From assembly GCA_963724765.1 (NCBI GenBank), contig CAVRVY010000003.1, positions 1,440,001-1,504,000 on the forward strand: a stretch of 64,000 bases of DNA. Reading direction: 5' to 3'. Source of the DNA: an uncultured delta proteobacterium. Its GTDB lineage: Bacteria > Desulfobacterota > Binatia > Binatales > Binataceae. A program made the translations under genes and the position numbers. Below, piece after piece: positions 27,827 to 37,444 of the stretch (within the stretch, counting starts at the first letter, position 1; each line of letters starts with the position of its first letter). Below the pieces are notes generated by a model. It made no database searches. It saw only the letters and a list, made by a program, of their open reading frames with translations, and was not told the DNA's origin.

Positions 27827-29548
27827 TCAGTCGAACCTGTAGCGTTCGGTCGCCACGTTGTACAGCCGGCGCCATACCAGCCGGTTGAGGCTTACCACTA
27901 CCACGACCATCGAGAGCAGGCTAAGCAGAATCATCAGGTTGTTGCCGGTCTCGTAGGTCGCGGCGTCGAGCAGCGCGCCCAGACCCAGGACCTTGTAGGT
28001 GTGCCCGCGGTAGACGAAGTATTCCGACAGAATCAGCGCGTTCCATCCGCCGCCCCATGCCGTGATGCTTCCGGTGACGATCGAGGGCACCAGCGCGGGC
28101 ACGTCGAGCTTGCGCCACGTGACCCATCGGCTCAGGCGGTAGCTGCGCGCGAACTCCTTGAGCTCCTCGGGAATCTGGCTGGCCCCGGCCAGCAGGTTGA
28201 ATAGCAGATACCACTGCATCCCGGTCAGGATCAGCAGGATCGACGCGAGATTCATCTCGCCGGTCACCTGGATCACTAGCACTACGATCACCGGGAACAG
28301 CGCGGTCGCCGGCATCGAGCCGACGATCTCGGCAATCGGCGAGAGCCATCGCTTGAAGCGCGGACTGTTGATCGCGGCCAGCGCGCACGGCAGCGTCCAT
28401 CCGAGCGAAATCGCATAAGCGATGACCATCCGGATGGTCGAGGCCACCGTCGCCGCGGGAATCTGCCGGACCGCCGGCGGCCAGGGCGTGAGCAGGACCC
28501 GCAGCAGCGCGTCGAGTCCGCGAATGATCGCGTAGATGAAAAGCGCGGTGAAGGCGACCAACGCAGTGTAGCCGGCGACACGGGCGACGCGGGCCACACG
28601 CTCGCGCGCGCGCGGCCCGAGCGGCGGGATGGCGTCGAGCAGACCTTGCACGAGGACCGCCAGCGGACGCACGACGAAGCGCACCGCACGATAGATACTG
28701 GGCCCCAGCAGCCCTATCGCATGCAACATTCCCAGCGAACGTTCGGCCTCGGCGCCGGAGGTGAACTCGTAGCGGAACTTTTCCGCCCACACTGACAGCG
28801 GCTGCCATACCACCAGGTCCATCGCGACGATGATCAGGAGCAGCGCGAGCAGACCGAGCGCCATCTCGCCGTTGCGGCCGCGGTTGGCGGCCTCCATCAG
28901 GAAGCTGCCCAGGCCCGGCAGCCGATAGGTCGAAGGGCCGGCCGTGATGATTTCGCAGGCGATGAGGAAGTACCATCCCGCCACCCACGACAGGATCGAG
29001 TTGTACACCAGCTTGGGCACGCATGCGGGGAGCGAGAGTTTGCGAAAGCGCAGCCAGCCACTGGCCCCGAAGGCCTCCAGCGCCTCGCGCGAATCGTCGG
29101 GGAGGGTCCGGATGGATTCGAACACACCGAGCGCGAGGTTCCACGCCTGGCTGGTGAAGATCAGGAACACCGCCGCCATCTCGACCCCCAGCCGGCTGCC
29201 GTGCGCGAGCGCGACGAAAAAATACACCGCGGCGGGAAAGAATCCGACCACCGGAACCGATTGCGCGATGTCGATCGCCGGGATCATCACCCGCTCCCAA
29301 ATCCGCCCGCGCGCCGCCATCATGCCGTAGGCGATCGAGAAGACCAGCGCGATCGCATACGCAACCAGCATCCGGTTGAACGAGCACAACGCGTAGTAGG
29401 GGAGATGGCGCGCCGAGACACTCAGTTTCGGCCCGTGCAGCACCGGCACGTAGTTGCGAAAGCCGAAGAACAACGCCAGCAGCGCCGCCACGATCAGAAT
29501 CGAGGCCGCCCCACTGATCATCCTCCGCGAAGTGATCTCCTGCTCCAT
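27827..29548 (-). CDS. NitT/TauT family ABC permease with two fused TM domains
   Basis: DIAQSVPV, FTSQAWN, WQPLSVWAEKF, GMQWYLLFN, GGGWNALILSE, WRRLY. Start uncertain. Confidence 0.92.
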   Translation of the reverse strand: MEQEITSRRMISGAASILIVAALLALFFGFRNYVPVLHGPKLSVSARHLPYYALCSFNRMLVAYAIALVFSIAYGMMAARGRIWERVMIPAIDIAQSVPVVGFFPAAVYFFVALAHGSRLGVEMAAVFLIFTSQAWNLALGVFESIRTLPDDSREALEAFGASGWLRFRKLSLPACVPKLVYNSILSWVAGWYFLIACEIITAGPSTYRLPGLGSFLMEAANRGRNGEMALGLLALLLIIVAMDLVVWQPLSVWAEKFRYEFTSGAEAERSLGMLHAIGLLGPSIYRAVRFVVRPLAVLVQGLLDAIPPLGPRARERVARVARVAGYTALVAFTALFIYAIIRGLDALLRVLLTPWPPAVRQIPAATVASTIRMVIAYAISLGWTLPCALAAINSPRFKRWLSPIAEIVGSMPATALFPVIVVLVIQVTGEMNLASILLILTGMQWYLLFNLLAGASQIPEELKEFARSYRLSRWVTWRKLDVPALVPSIVTGSITAWGGGWNALILSEYFVYRGHTYKVLGLGALLDAATYETGNNLMILLSLLSMVVVVVSLNRLVWRRLYNVATERYRFD

Positions 29549-29706
29549 GACCGGCGCCAAGCTCTCCAGCATAACGCGCCGGCGCGCAGGCTCAAGCGCG
29601 GCGCGCATTAACGCGATGTTACGATGAGCGCGAGTTGATAATCTTGTCCCGGTGGTCAGCGCCCGCGTTGACAATCGGGTCAGGGCCAAATACCCGTTTT
29701 CACCAG

Positions 29707-31713
29707 ATGGCAGTCAGCGGCAAGGAAACGGAAGAGTGGCGGCTCGGTATCGAGCCCGGCGGGCACGAGGCCCCCGAAGCTCCCGAAGAAACCGGCGCGT
29801 CGCGCAACTACTCGGCCGAGCGGCTGGAGCGGCCGCTTTGTGTCCTTACGGCCGAACACCTCGGATGGGCGAAGGTCGGACTGCTGGCGCTCGCGACCCG
29901 GCTCGTGATGCTCGGTGCGCGCCCGCTGGATTCCGCCGAGGCGAGCCATGCGCTCGGCGAACTGGCGTTGCTGCGCAACGGGCCGCAGGCCGGCGCGCAT
30001 CTCTCGTGGATCCATCTGCTCGAGGCGGCGCTGTTCGCCGCGGTGGGCGCCGGTGACTTCTGCACGCGGCTGATCTTCGCTTTGAGCGGGCTGCTGCTGA
30101 TCGCGGCAGGCTTTGCGATGCGCCGCCAGCTTGGCCGCGCCGGTGCGATGGCTTTCGCGGCGCTGCTCATGCTTTCGCCGAGCGTCGCCTATTATTCGCG
30201 CGCCGCCGATAGCGTGGTGCCTGCGCTGGCCTTCGCCGTGCTCGCGCTGGCGCTGTTCCTCCAACTGGTCGAGCAGCCGGGACGGATGGTCGCAGCCGGA
30301 TTGGGCGCGGCGACAGGCCTGGGACTTGCCACTAGCGGGGCCGCGCTGATGACGGCGCTGTTTATGCTCGCGGCGCTCGCGATGGTGGGTCTGTTCGCGG
30401 CTCTGGTGGGCGCGCGGGTGCGGCTCCAGGTGCGAGTCTGGTGGACGCGGCGCAAGGGGCTGTTTTTGATCGCGACATTGGTCGCGGCGCTGGTCTGGCT
30501 GGGATGCGAGAGCGGCTTTTTCACCCGTTCGCCGCTTGGCGCGATCGCCGCCGCCTTCCGATCGAATCTGCCGGCTAACCTGTTGACCGCGCACCCGGCG
30601 GACCATCGCGGCTTCATGGCCGGACTCGATTTCTACCTGCCGATTCTCTCGCTGTATGAATTTCTCGTCGTGCTGCTCGCCGTGATCGGAGCGCTAAGTG
30701 TTTTGACGCTGCGCATCCGCTCGCGGCTGGCGACGGGCGCGTTGGTGTGGAGCGCCCTGGCGGTCGCCTTCTATCTGTGGACGCCCGCGCGCTCGCCCGC
30801 CTTCGTGCTCCAGATGATCGTCCCGATGGCGCTGCTGGGAGCGTTCGTGATCGAGTACCTGCATCACACCTTCGCCTGGAGTATCGTTCGTTATCCGCTC
30901 GCCGTGCTGGCGCTGCTGACACTCTGCGTGCAGGTGGCGAACAACTTCATCTGGTACGCGCCTGATGCCAGCCAGGCGCCGTGGGCGCGCACCGCGCTGC
31001 TGTATTGGACCGCGCCCGCGACCACCTTGCAGACGCCGGTCCAGTGCGCGCGCGTGACCAGCCAGGCGCCGCCACACGGGGCGAGCGTCTTTTTTGCCAC
31101 CGACTCGCCAGTGCTGCGATGGTACCTGCGCACGTTGGCTCCAGCCGCCACGTCCGAAGGCGCGTCGGCGATCGTCGGCAACGTCGAGCCCGCGGGCCTG
31201 TCCGAGGCGCAAGGACTCACCACTTACGAATTCGAGCTTAACGACGCGTGGCATCCGGCGTGGTGGTCGCTTTCGCCACAAGCCGCGCTGCACTACCTGG
31301 CGAGCGCTCGCCCATGGACGCCGCTCGACTCGCATCGCGTGACGATCGCGGTGCGCCCCATTGTTACGGTCGCACCGACGGTGATCCTGGCTCCGGCTGC
31401 GCAGCCCCCGCCGGCGCCCGCATCGGGCGGGGGCGCGGGACAGTCCGAAAAGGAGACCGCTGTGCCGAATACTTCTGCGCCCGAGACGGCGGCGTCGCCT
31501 GCCCCGTCAGCGTTGGCGACACCGGCACTCGGTACCGGTCTTGACAACCGTCCTTCCACCGTTGTCACGGCCACTCCCGCTGCCACTACCGTCGCTACGC
31601 CTGCCGCGACGCCGGCCGCGATTCCTTCGGCGGTTCCTGCTCGCAAACCTGCCGCAGCAGCTTCCGGTGCGCCCGCAGGCAAACCTGACAGCTCAGCCGT
31701 CCCCGCTGATTGA
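29707..31713 (+). CDS. GT-C/PMT-like polytopic membrane protein (TIGR03663-like) with Ala/Pro/Thr tail
   Basis: RLVMLGARPLDSAEA, SPSVAYYSR, FYLPILSLYE, many TMs. Confidence 0.7.
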   Translation: MAVSGKETEEWRLGIEPGGHEAPEAPEETGASRNYSAERLERPLCVLTAEHLGWAKVGLLALATRLVMLGARPLDSAEASHALGELALLRNGPQAGAHLSWIHLLEAALFAAVGAGDFCTRLIFALSGLLLIAAGFAMRRQLGRAGAMAFAALLMLSPSVAYYSRAADSVVPALAFAVLALALFLQLVEQPGRMVAAGLGAATGLGLATSGAALMTALFMLAALAMVGLFAALVGARVRLQVRVWWTRRKGLFLIATLVAALVWLGCESGFFTRSPLGAIAAAFRSNLPANLLTAHPADHRGFMAGLDFYLPILSLYEFLVVLLAVIGALSVLTLRIRSRLATGALVWSALAVAFYLWTPARSPAFVLQMIVPMALLGAFVIEYLHHTFAWSIVRYPLAVLALLTLCVQVANNFIWYAPDASQAPWARTALLYWTAPATTLQTPVQCARVTSQAPPHGASVFFATDSPVLRWYLRTLAPAATSEGASAIVGNVEPAGLSEAQGLTTYEFELNDAWHPAWWSLSPQAALHYLASARPWTPLDSHRVTIAVRPIVTVAPTVILAPAAQPPPAPASGGGAGQSEKETAVPNTSAPETAASPAPSALATPALGTGLDNRPSTVVTATPAATTVATPAATPAAIPSAVPARKPAAAASGAPAGKPDSSAVPAD

Positions 31714-31877
31714 GGCTGGTTCACGCCGGCGCGATGCGCGGGGTTGAAGCTTAGATTACGGAGCGACTGGTGGCCGTGCCGGCGGTTGATACGAGTCTGC
31801 CGCCCAGTGGAATTTGATCGCGGTTTGGTCAATGCTTCTGGCGTAACCCGTCGCGGCGGCGATGGGCGGGGCGAGCG

Positions 31878-32120
31878 ATGAACAGCAACGTAGTGCCGAT
31901 TTCGCGCGCAAGGAGTGTGGCCAGCCGCACGCCCGCGCGGATGCGTCTGAGGCCGGTGGCAGGCCGGAAGGCGGCCGTAATCCCTCGACCGGCTCTCGCG
32001 GTCGCCGCCATACCCAATACGCCGATCTGGCTTTCAATCCTCGCATTGATTGCGATGACGATGTGGCCGTCGGTGCTGGTCTGGATGGTTCAGTTCGCGT
32101 ACCGCGTCGCGGCCAGGTAG
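31878..32120 (+). CDS. Possible small single-TM protein
   Basis: Basic N-terminus then one hydrophobic stretch (IWLSILALIAMTMWPSVLVWMV); fills a gap between co-oriented genes. Confidence 0.4.
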   Translation: MNSNVVPISRARSVASRTPARMRLRPVAGRKAAVIPRPALAVAAIPNTPIWLSILALIAMTMWPSVLVWMVQFAYRVAAR

Positions 32121-32275
32121 TAACGTCCAATCCGGGCCGCGGACGCGATGCTCGCGCCAGCGCGCGACGGTTTGCTTGCGGTACGCCGCTCTGTAATAAA
32201 GACCGGGAATCGTTACGGCCCAGTGCGCTGCAAGATGTGCCCGGGGCGCGGTACCTTCACCAAAGGGAAATCCGG

Positions 32276-33040
32276 ATGCAAGGTCTTCTCGAAACGATCA
32301 AACAATGGCATATCCACCCGGCCGTTGATCATTTCACGGTCGCGATTCTGCTCCTGGCGGTTCTCACCGACCTCTTCGCCAGCGTATTCTCGATGCGCCT
32401 GTGGCTGCGGTATTCGGCGCTGGCGTTGATAATTGTCGGCACGGCCGCTGCCTGGGGCTCCCAACTCACCGGCGGATGGGAGGCTGAGCGCGTATGGAAG
32501 GCGGTCCAGGCAGCCGGTGGACCGGCGTTCGCCACCCTCCATCGTCATGCTCAACTCGGTCACTGGTTGCCGTGGGTTTTCCTTGTCCTGGCCATATGGC
32601 GCCTCGGGATCCAGCTCTTCGGCTTTATGGCCGGCATGCGCGGACTCTATCTTCTCTTCGCCGTGCTCGCGGCGATTGCGATCTCATACCAGGGTTACCT
32701 TGGCGGCCAACTTGTTTACGACTACGGCATCGGCACCGCGTTGTTCAACGTCGGATCGCCCAACGCCGGCTTGTCGTCGCCCGGCCCGCAGCCTGAGGCC
32801 ACCGGACCGGCCACGCCGATCCCGACGGTTTACGTGCCGACCGCGACCGTGACGCCGGAGGTTGCCACTCCTACTCCCGCCGTCAGCGCCAGTGCGACCG
32901 CGTCGGCGATGCCGAGTGCTGCCGCCGCGCCGGCGACTCCGTCTGCCGCGACGAGTCCTGCTGCGCCGCCGAGCGCTTCTCCGACCCCTGCGGCATCGAC
33001 AAAAACGGACACGTATCGCACAGCCGCTGCCAGTCTCTGA
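32276..33040 (+). CDS. DUF2231-like membrane protein with Pro/Ala/Thr tail
   Basis: HIHPAVDHF, LTGGWEA, LHRHAQLG, QGYLGGQLVYDYGIG; ATG at 32276. Confidence 0.85.
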   Translation: MQGLLETIKQWHIHPAVDHFTVAILLLAVLTDLFASVFSMRLWLRYSALALIIVGTAAAWGSQLTGGWEAERVWKAVQAAGGPAFATLHRHAQLGHWLPWVFLVLAIWRLGIQLFGFMAGMRGLYLLFAVLAAIAISYQGYLGGQLVYDYGIGTALFNVGSPNAGLSSPGPQPEATGPATPIPTVYVPTATVTPEVATPTPAVSASATASAMPSAAAAPATPSAATSPAAPPSASPTPAASTKTDTYRTAAASL

Positions 33041-33069
33041 TCGCGCCGACACGCCGGGGAGAGGCAAAA

Positions 33070-33915
33070 ATGGAACGACGCAAAGTCGCAGTGGTGAGCG
33101 CGCTCTTTCGTTACCCGGTCAAATCGATGCTGGGGGAGAAACCCGCCGAACTGGCGCTGACCACCAACGGCACGCTTGGCGATCGAGCCTGGGGTGTGCG
33201 CGAGGCCTCGGGGCGAATCGCGACGGCCAAGAAGTGGTCGGCGATGCTTGGCTTCCGCGCGAGCTATGATTCGCCGCCCCGCGTGGACGATCTTGCGCCG
33301 GTCACGGTCACTTTTCCCGACGGCAGCAGTATCCACGCCGGCGACCCCGACGCCTCGGCGCGGCTCTCGGCGGTGCTGGGCCGCCCGGTGCGCCTTGAGC
33401 GGGCGAAGGCCGACGAGCGCTCGCGCGGCGAGATCGATCCGCAAACCATTTTCGCCGACGTTCCGGTGGAACAGCTCCTGCCCAATTTCACCAGCCAGAC
33501 GCTGCCCGACACGTTCGGCCTGATGCGCGGCGCATTCTTCGACTCGGCGCCGATTCACGTCCTCGCCAGCACCTCGCTCGAGCACTTGCAGCGGCTGTGC
33601 GGTGGTGACTCGATCCTCGACCCGCGCCGTTTTCGTCCCAACATTTTCGTCGACACCAGCGGCACCGGCGCCGACGGTTTTGTCGAGGACGAATGGCTCG
33701 AAGGCACGCTCGAGGTCGGCGAGACGGTGAAGATCATCGCGATGCAACCGGCGTTGCGCTGCGTGATGACCACGCACGCGCAGAGCGAACTGCCCCGCGA
33801 CCTGTCGATCCTGCGCAACGCCGCGCGGCATCATAATGCCACGCTCGGCGTCTTCGCCGCGATCGGCGCCCCCGGCACGATACGCGTCGGCGACCCGGTC
33901 TATCTCTGCAGGTAG
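33070..33915 (+). CDS. MOSC domain protein
   Basis: FRYPVKSMLGE, GDR, FFDSAPIH, RRFRPNI, RCVMTT, GTIRVGD; GAGG RBS. Confidence 0.95.
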   Translation: MERRKVAVVSALFRYPVKSMLGEKPAELALTTNGTLGDRAWGVREASGRIATAKKWSAMLGFRASYDSPPRVDDLAPVTVTFPDGSSIHAGDPDASARLSAVLGRPVRLERAKADERSRGEIDPQTIFADVPVEQLLPNFTSQTLPDTFGLMRGAFFDSAPIHVLASTSLEHLQRLCGGDSILDPRRFRPNIFVDTSGTGADGFVEDEWLEGTLEVGETVKIIAMQPALRCVMTTHAQSELPRDLSILRNAARHHNATLGVFAAIGAPGTIRVGDPVYLCR

Positions 33916-33948
33916 CTGCGTCATCCCTAAACGAAGCTTCCACTTAGG

Positions 33949-34004
33949 GTCATCCTGAGCGAAGCGAGTCTGCTTCGACTCCGGCAGCCTTCGCTCAGGA
34001 TGAC
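33949..34004. repeat. REP-like palindrome, copy 2
   Basis: Same 16-bp inverted repeat GTCATCCTGAGCGAAG..CTTCGCTCAGGATGAC as 22530-22586, with a different loop. Confidence 0.85.
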
Positions 34005-34170
34005 CGAAGAGGATCGTTTCTGTGCAGAGGCCGTTCGTGAACGGCCCTCTGACAAGGCGGCGCGCCGGGCGCGCGCTGTTCATGAAGCCGCCGAGCCGCA
34101 CTTGCGGCGCGCGCTTCGGCGGCAGACGATTACTGCTGCGCTCGGCTCGTAGCGCCGGCGCCCCGACTCG

Positions 34171-37100
34171 ATGCCTGCACGCCACTCAATCGTTTGCTCG
34201 CCGCGCGCCGCCGATCGTCTCGACGCGGCTTCGCGATGGCTAAGGGAGCTTGAACGCTGCGCCGAAGTAATGGTGCTGGCGGCGCGCCAGCCGGCCGCCG
34301 ACGATCTCGTGCGCGCTGTGAGCGCGCGGCGCGCGCTCTTCGGCGTTCATCGGATGACCCCGACGCGCCTGCTCGGCGTGCTCTGCGCCGAGCGTCTTTT
34401 TCGCGATGGGCTGGTGCCGGCTGCGGGACTCGGCGCACAGGCGGTGGCCGCGCGCGCGATTTACAAACTCGCCGCCGCCGGCGCGCTGGGCTATTTCGCC
34501 CCGGTGGCCGACCGTCCAGGATTTCCGGGCGCGCTCGCCCGCACGCTGGGCGAGATCCGGCTGGCGGGAGTCGGCGCGGACGAGTTGGCGGCGCTCGACG
34601 AGATCGGCCTGCCGCTTGCCGCGATGCTCGGGCAGTTCGAGGCCGAGCTCCACGAAGCGCGCCTGGTCGACCGCGCGGCGATGCTCGCTTTGGCGGCTGC
34701 GATCGTTAGCTCCGATCCGCCGCCGCGCCACGCCACGATGCCTATCCTGATGCTCGACGTCGCGGTCGGCTCGACGCTCGAGCGTGAATTGTACGCGGCG
34801 CTCGCCGCCCGCGCGCCCGCGATACTCGCGACCGTGCCGCAGGGCGACACGACCACCCTTGCGATGCTGAGCGCGGCGTTCGGCGTCACGCCGTCGCCTG
34901 CGCCCTGCGCCGCCGCGAAGGCGAAATCGATCGCGCGGCTTCAGGATTATCTCTTCAGCGACGAAACACCCCCCGCGCACTCGCTCGACGATACGGTCGA
35001 AGTCCTCTCGGCGCCGGGTGAGATGCAGGAATGCGTCGAGATCGCGCGCCGAATTCTCAAGGAGGCGGATCGCGGCGTCCCCTTTGATCGCATAGCGGTC
35101 GCGCTGCATGCGCCGGGGCGTTACGTGCCCTATCTCGAAGAGGCGCTCGCCCGCGCCGCAATCCCGGCCTCTTTCGCGCGCGGCGCAACCAGGCCCGAAC
35201 CCGGCGGTCGCGCTCTTCTGGCGCTGCTCGCTTGCGCGGCCGAGCATCTCTCGGCGCGCCGCTACGCCGAGTATCTTTCGCTCGCGCAGGTGCCCGACCC
35301 GGATCGCGACGGACCGCGCCGCTTCGTCGCACCGGACCTCGAACTCGCCGGCGCCGCGCCGTCCGCGGAGCCTGAGGCCGCCGCGCCCGCCGCGGCAGCA
35401 AGTGCCGACATCGCCGATCCGGTGCCGGTGGTTGAAGGCGCTCTGCGCGCGCCGTGGCGATGGGAGCGCCTGCTGGTCGACGCCTCGGTTATCGGCAATC
35501 GCGAGCGTTGGGAGCGGCGTCTTGGCGGGCTAGGCGCGGAGCTGGAACTCAGGCGCTCCGAGCTTAAGGACGATGACGTTCGCACAGCGGTTGCCGATCG
35601 GCAAATTCTCGACCTCAAACATCTGCGCGACGTCGCGATGCCGCAGATTTCCACGCTTGCCGCGCTGCCGCCGCGCGCGACGTGGGGCGTATGGCTGGGC
35701 CATCTGCGCGCGCTCACCGCGCTCGCCGTGCGCGACTCGGCGCCGGTGCTCGCCGCACTGGCCGAGCTCGAGCCGATGGCGCCGGTGGGGCCGGTCGGTC
35801 TTGACGAGATCCGCCAGGTGTTGGCCGAGCGGCTCGGACGGCTCGAAGCGCCGGCGCCGCGCCGCCGCTATGGCGCGGTGATGGTCGCGCCCACGCACGA
35901 CCTTCGCGGCCTCGATTTCGACATCGTGATCGTTCCCGGCCTGACCGAACGCGTCTTTCCGAAAAAGCTCACCGAGGATCCGATTCTGCCCGACGCGGCG
36001 CGCATCCTCCTCGGTCACAATCTCGAGCTTCAGCAAAACCGCGTGGCCGCCGAGCGCCTCGCTTTGCGCCTGGCCGCGGGCGCCGCGCGCCATCGCGTGC
36101 TGTTTTCGTTCCCGCGCGTCGACCTCGATCAGGGACGGCCGCGCGTGCCGTCGTTCTATGCGCTGGAGGTGCTGCGTGCCGCCGAGGGACGCTTGCCCGG
36201 CTTTGACGAGCTCGACAAACGCGCCGCAGGCGCGCAGGCGGCGCGGCTGGGATGGCCTGCGCCACGCGACGCCGGCGATGCGATCGACGACGCCGAATTC
36301 GATCTCGCCGTGCTCAATCGCCTGGCGGGCCAGGACGATGAGGCGACGACCGGCGCGGCCCACTACCTGCTGGATGAAAACCAGCATCTCGCGCGAGCGC
36401 TGCGTGCGCGAGCGCGACGATGGCTCAAGCGATGGACGCCGGCGGACGGGCTGGTCGATCCCGGACCCGAGGTGCGCGCGGCCCTGAACAAGCATCGCCC
36501 CGACGCTCGTTCCTATTCGGCCACTGCGCTTCAGCACTTCGCGGCTTGCCCGTATCGCTTCCTGCTCTACGCGATCCATCGAATCCAGCCGCGCGAAGAG
36601 GCCGAGGCGATCGAGGTGATCGATCCGCTCACCCGCGGCGCGCTGCTGCACGAGGTCCAGTTCGAGCTGCTGACCCGCCTGCGCGCGGACGGCCGGCTGC
36701 CCGTCGTGCGCGAGGCGCTGGACGAGGCGCTCCGTGTGATGGACCAGACGCTGGAGGAGGTCGCCGAAAAATGGCATGACCGGCTCGCTCCGGCGATCGA
36801 GCGCGTGTGGAAGGACGCAATCGACGCGATTCGCGCCGACCTTCGCGAATGGCTCCGCCGCGCCGCCGAAGACCCGGTTCCCTGGACCCCCGAGCGTTTC
36901 GAACTCGCCTTCGGGCTCGAGGGACGCGATCAGGCCGACCCCGCAAGCCGTGCGGAGCCGGTGGCGCTGGAGGCCGGCCTCATCCTGCGCGGCTCGATCG
37001 ATCTCGTCGAGCGCGGCCTGGGCGGGCGGCTGCGCGTTACCGATCATAAGAGCGGCAAGGCCGACGCGCCCAGGGACGTGATTATCGGCGGCGGCCGCGT

Positions 37101-37425
37101 GTTGCAGCCGGTGCTCTATGCGCTCGCCGCCGAGCGGCTGCTCGGCGAGCCGGTTGAATCGGGTCGGCTCTACTATTGCTCGTCGCGCGGCGGCTACGAG
37201 GAGCGCGTCGTGTCGCTCGATGACGCGGCGCGCGCCGCGGCCCGCGAATTCGCCGCCACCGTCACCGGCGCGATCGCGGACGGCTTCCTGCCCGCCGCAC
37301 CGGCCGAAGGCGGCTGCCGATGGTGTGATTACCGGATGGTATGCGGGCCGTACGAAGAGATGCGCGTCGCGCAGAAGCCGCCCGCGCGCCTGGCCGCGCT
37401 CGAACGGCTGCGCAGGTTGCGATGA
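34171..37425 (+). CDS. addB: AddB-like subunit: degenerate helicase + Fe-S PD-(D/E)xK nuclease
   Basis: YSATALQHFAACPYRF, RGALLHE, RGSIDLVE, VTDHKSG, CRWCDYRMVC; no Walker A; adjacent to a UvrD-nuclease. Confidence 0.88.
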   Translation: MPARHSIVCSPRAADRLDAASRWLRELERCAEVMVLAARQPAADDLVRAVSARRALFGVHRMTPTRLLGVLCAERLFRDGLVPAAGLGAQAVAARAIYKLAAAGALGYFAPVADRPGFPGALARTLGEIRLAGVGADELAALDEIGLPLAAMLGQFEAELHEARLVDRAAMLALAAAIVSSDPPPRHATMPILMLDVAVGSTLERELYAALAARAPAILATVPQGDTTTLAMLSAAFGVTPSPAPCAAAKAKSIARLQDYLFSDETPPAHSLDDTVEVLSAPGEMQECVEIARRILKEADRGVPFDRIAVALHAPGRYVPYLEEALARAAIPASFARGATRPEPGGRALLALLACAAEHLSARRYAEYLSLAQVPDPDRDGPRRFVAPDLELAGAAPSAEPEAAAPAAAASADIADPVPVVEGALRAPWRWERLLVDASVIGNRERWERRLGGLGAELELRRSELKDDDVRTAVADRQILDLKHLRDVAMPQISTLAALPPRATWGVWLGHLRALTALAVRDSAPVLAALAELEPMAPVGPVGLDEIRQVLAERLGRLEAPAPRRRYGAVMVAPTHDLRGLDFDIVIVPGLTERVFPKKLTEDPILPDAARILLGHNLELQQNRVAAERLALRLAAGAARHRVLFSFPRVDLDQGRPRVPSFYALEVLRAAEGRLPGFDELDKRAAGAQAARLGWPAPRDAGDAIDDAEFDLAVLNRLAGQDDEATTGAAHYLLDENQHLARALRARARRWLKRWTPADGLVDPGPEVRAALNKHRPDARSYSATALQHFAACPYRFLLYAIHRIQPREEAEAIEVIDPLTRGALLHEVQFELLTRLRADGRLPVVREALDEALRVMDQTLEEVAEKWHDRLAPAIERVWKDAIDAIRADLREWLRRAAEDPVPWTPERFELAFGLEGRDQADPASRAEPVALEAGLILRGSIDLVERGLGGRLRVTDHKSGKADAPRDVIIGGGRVLQPVLYALAAERLLGEPVESGRLYYCSSRGGYEERVVSLDDAARAAAREFAATVTGAIADGFLPAAPAEGGCRWCDYRMVCGPYEEMRVAQKPPARLAALERLRRLR

Positions 37426-37444
37426 GCGAAGCGGGAAAGTTGCG

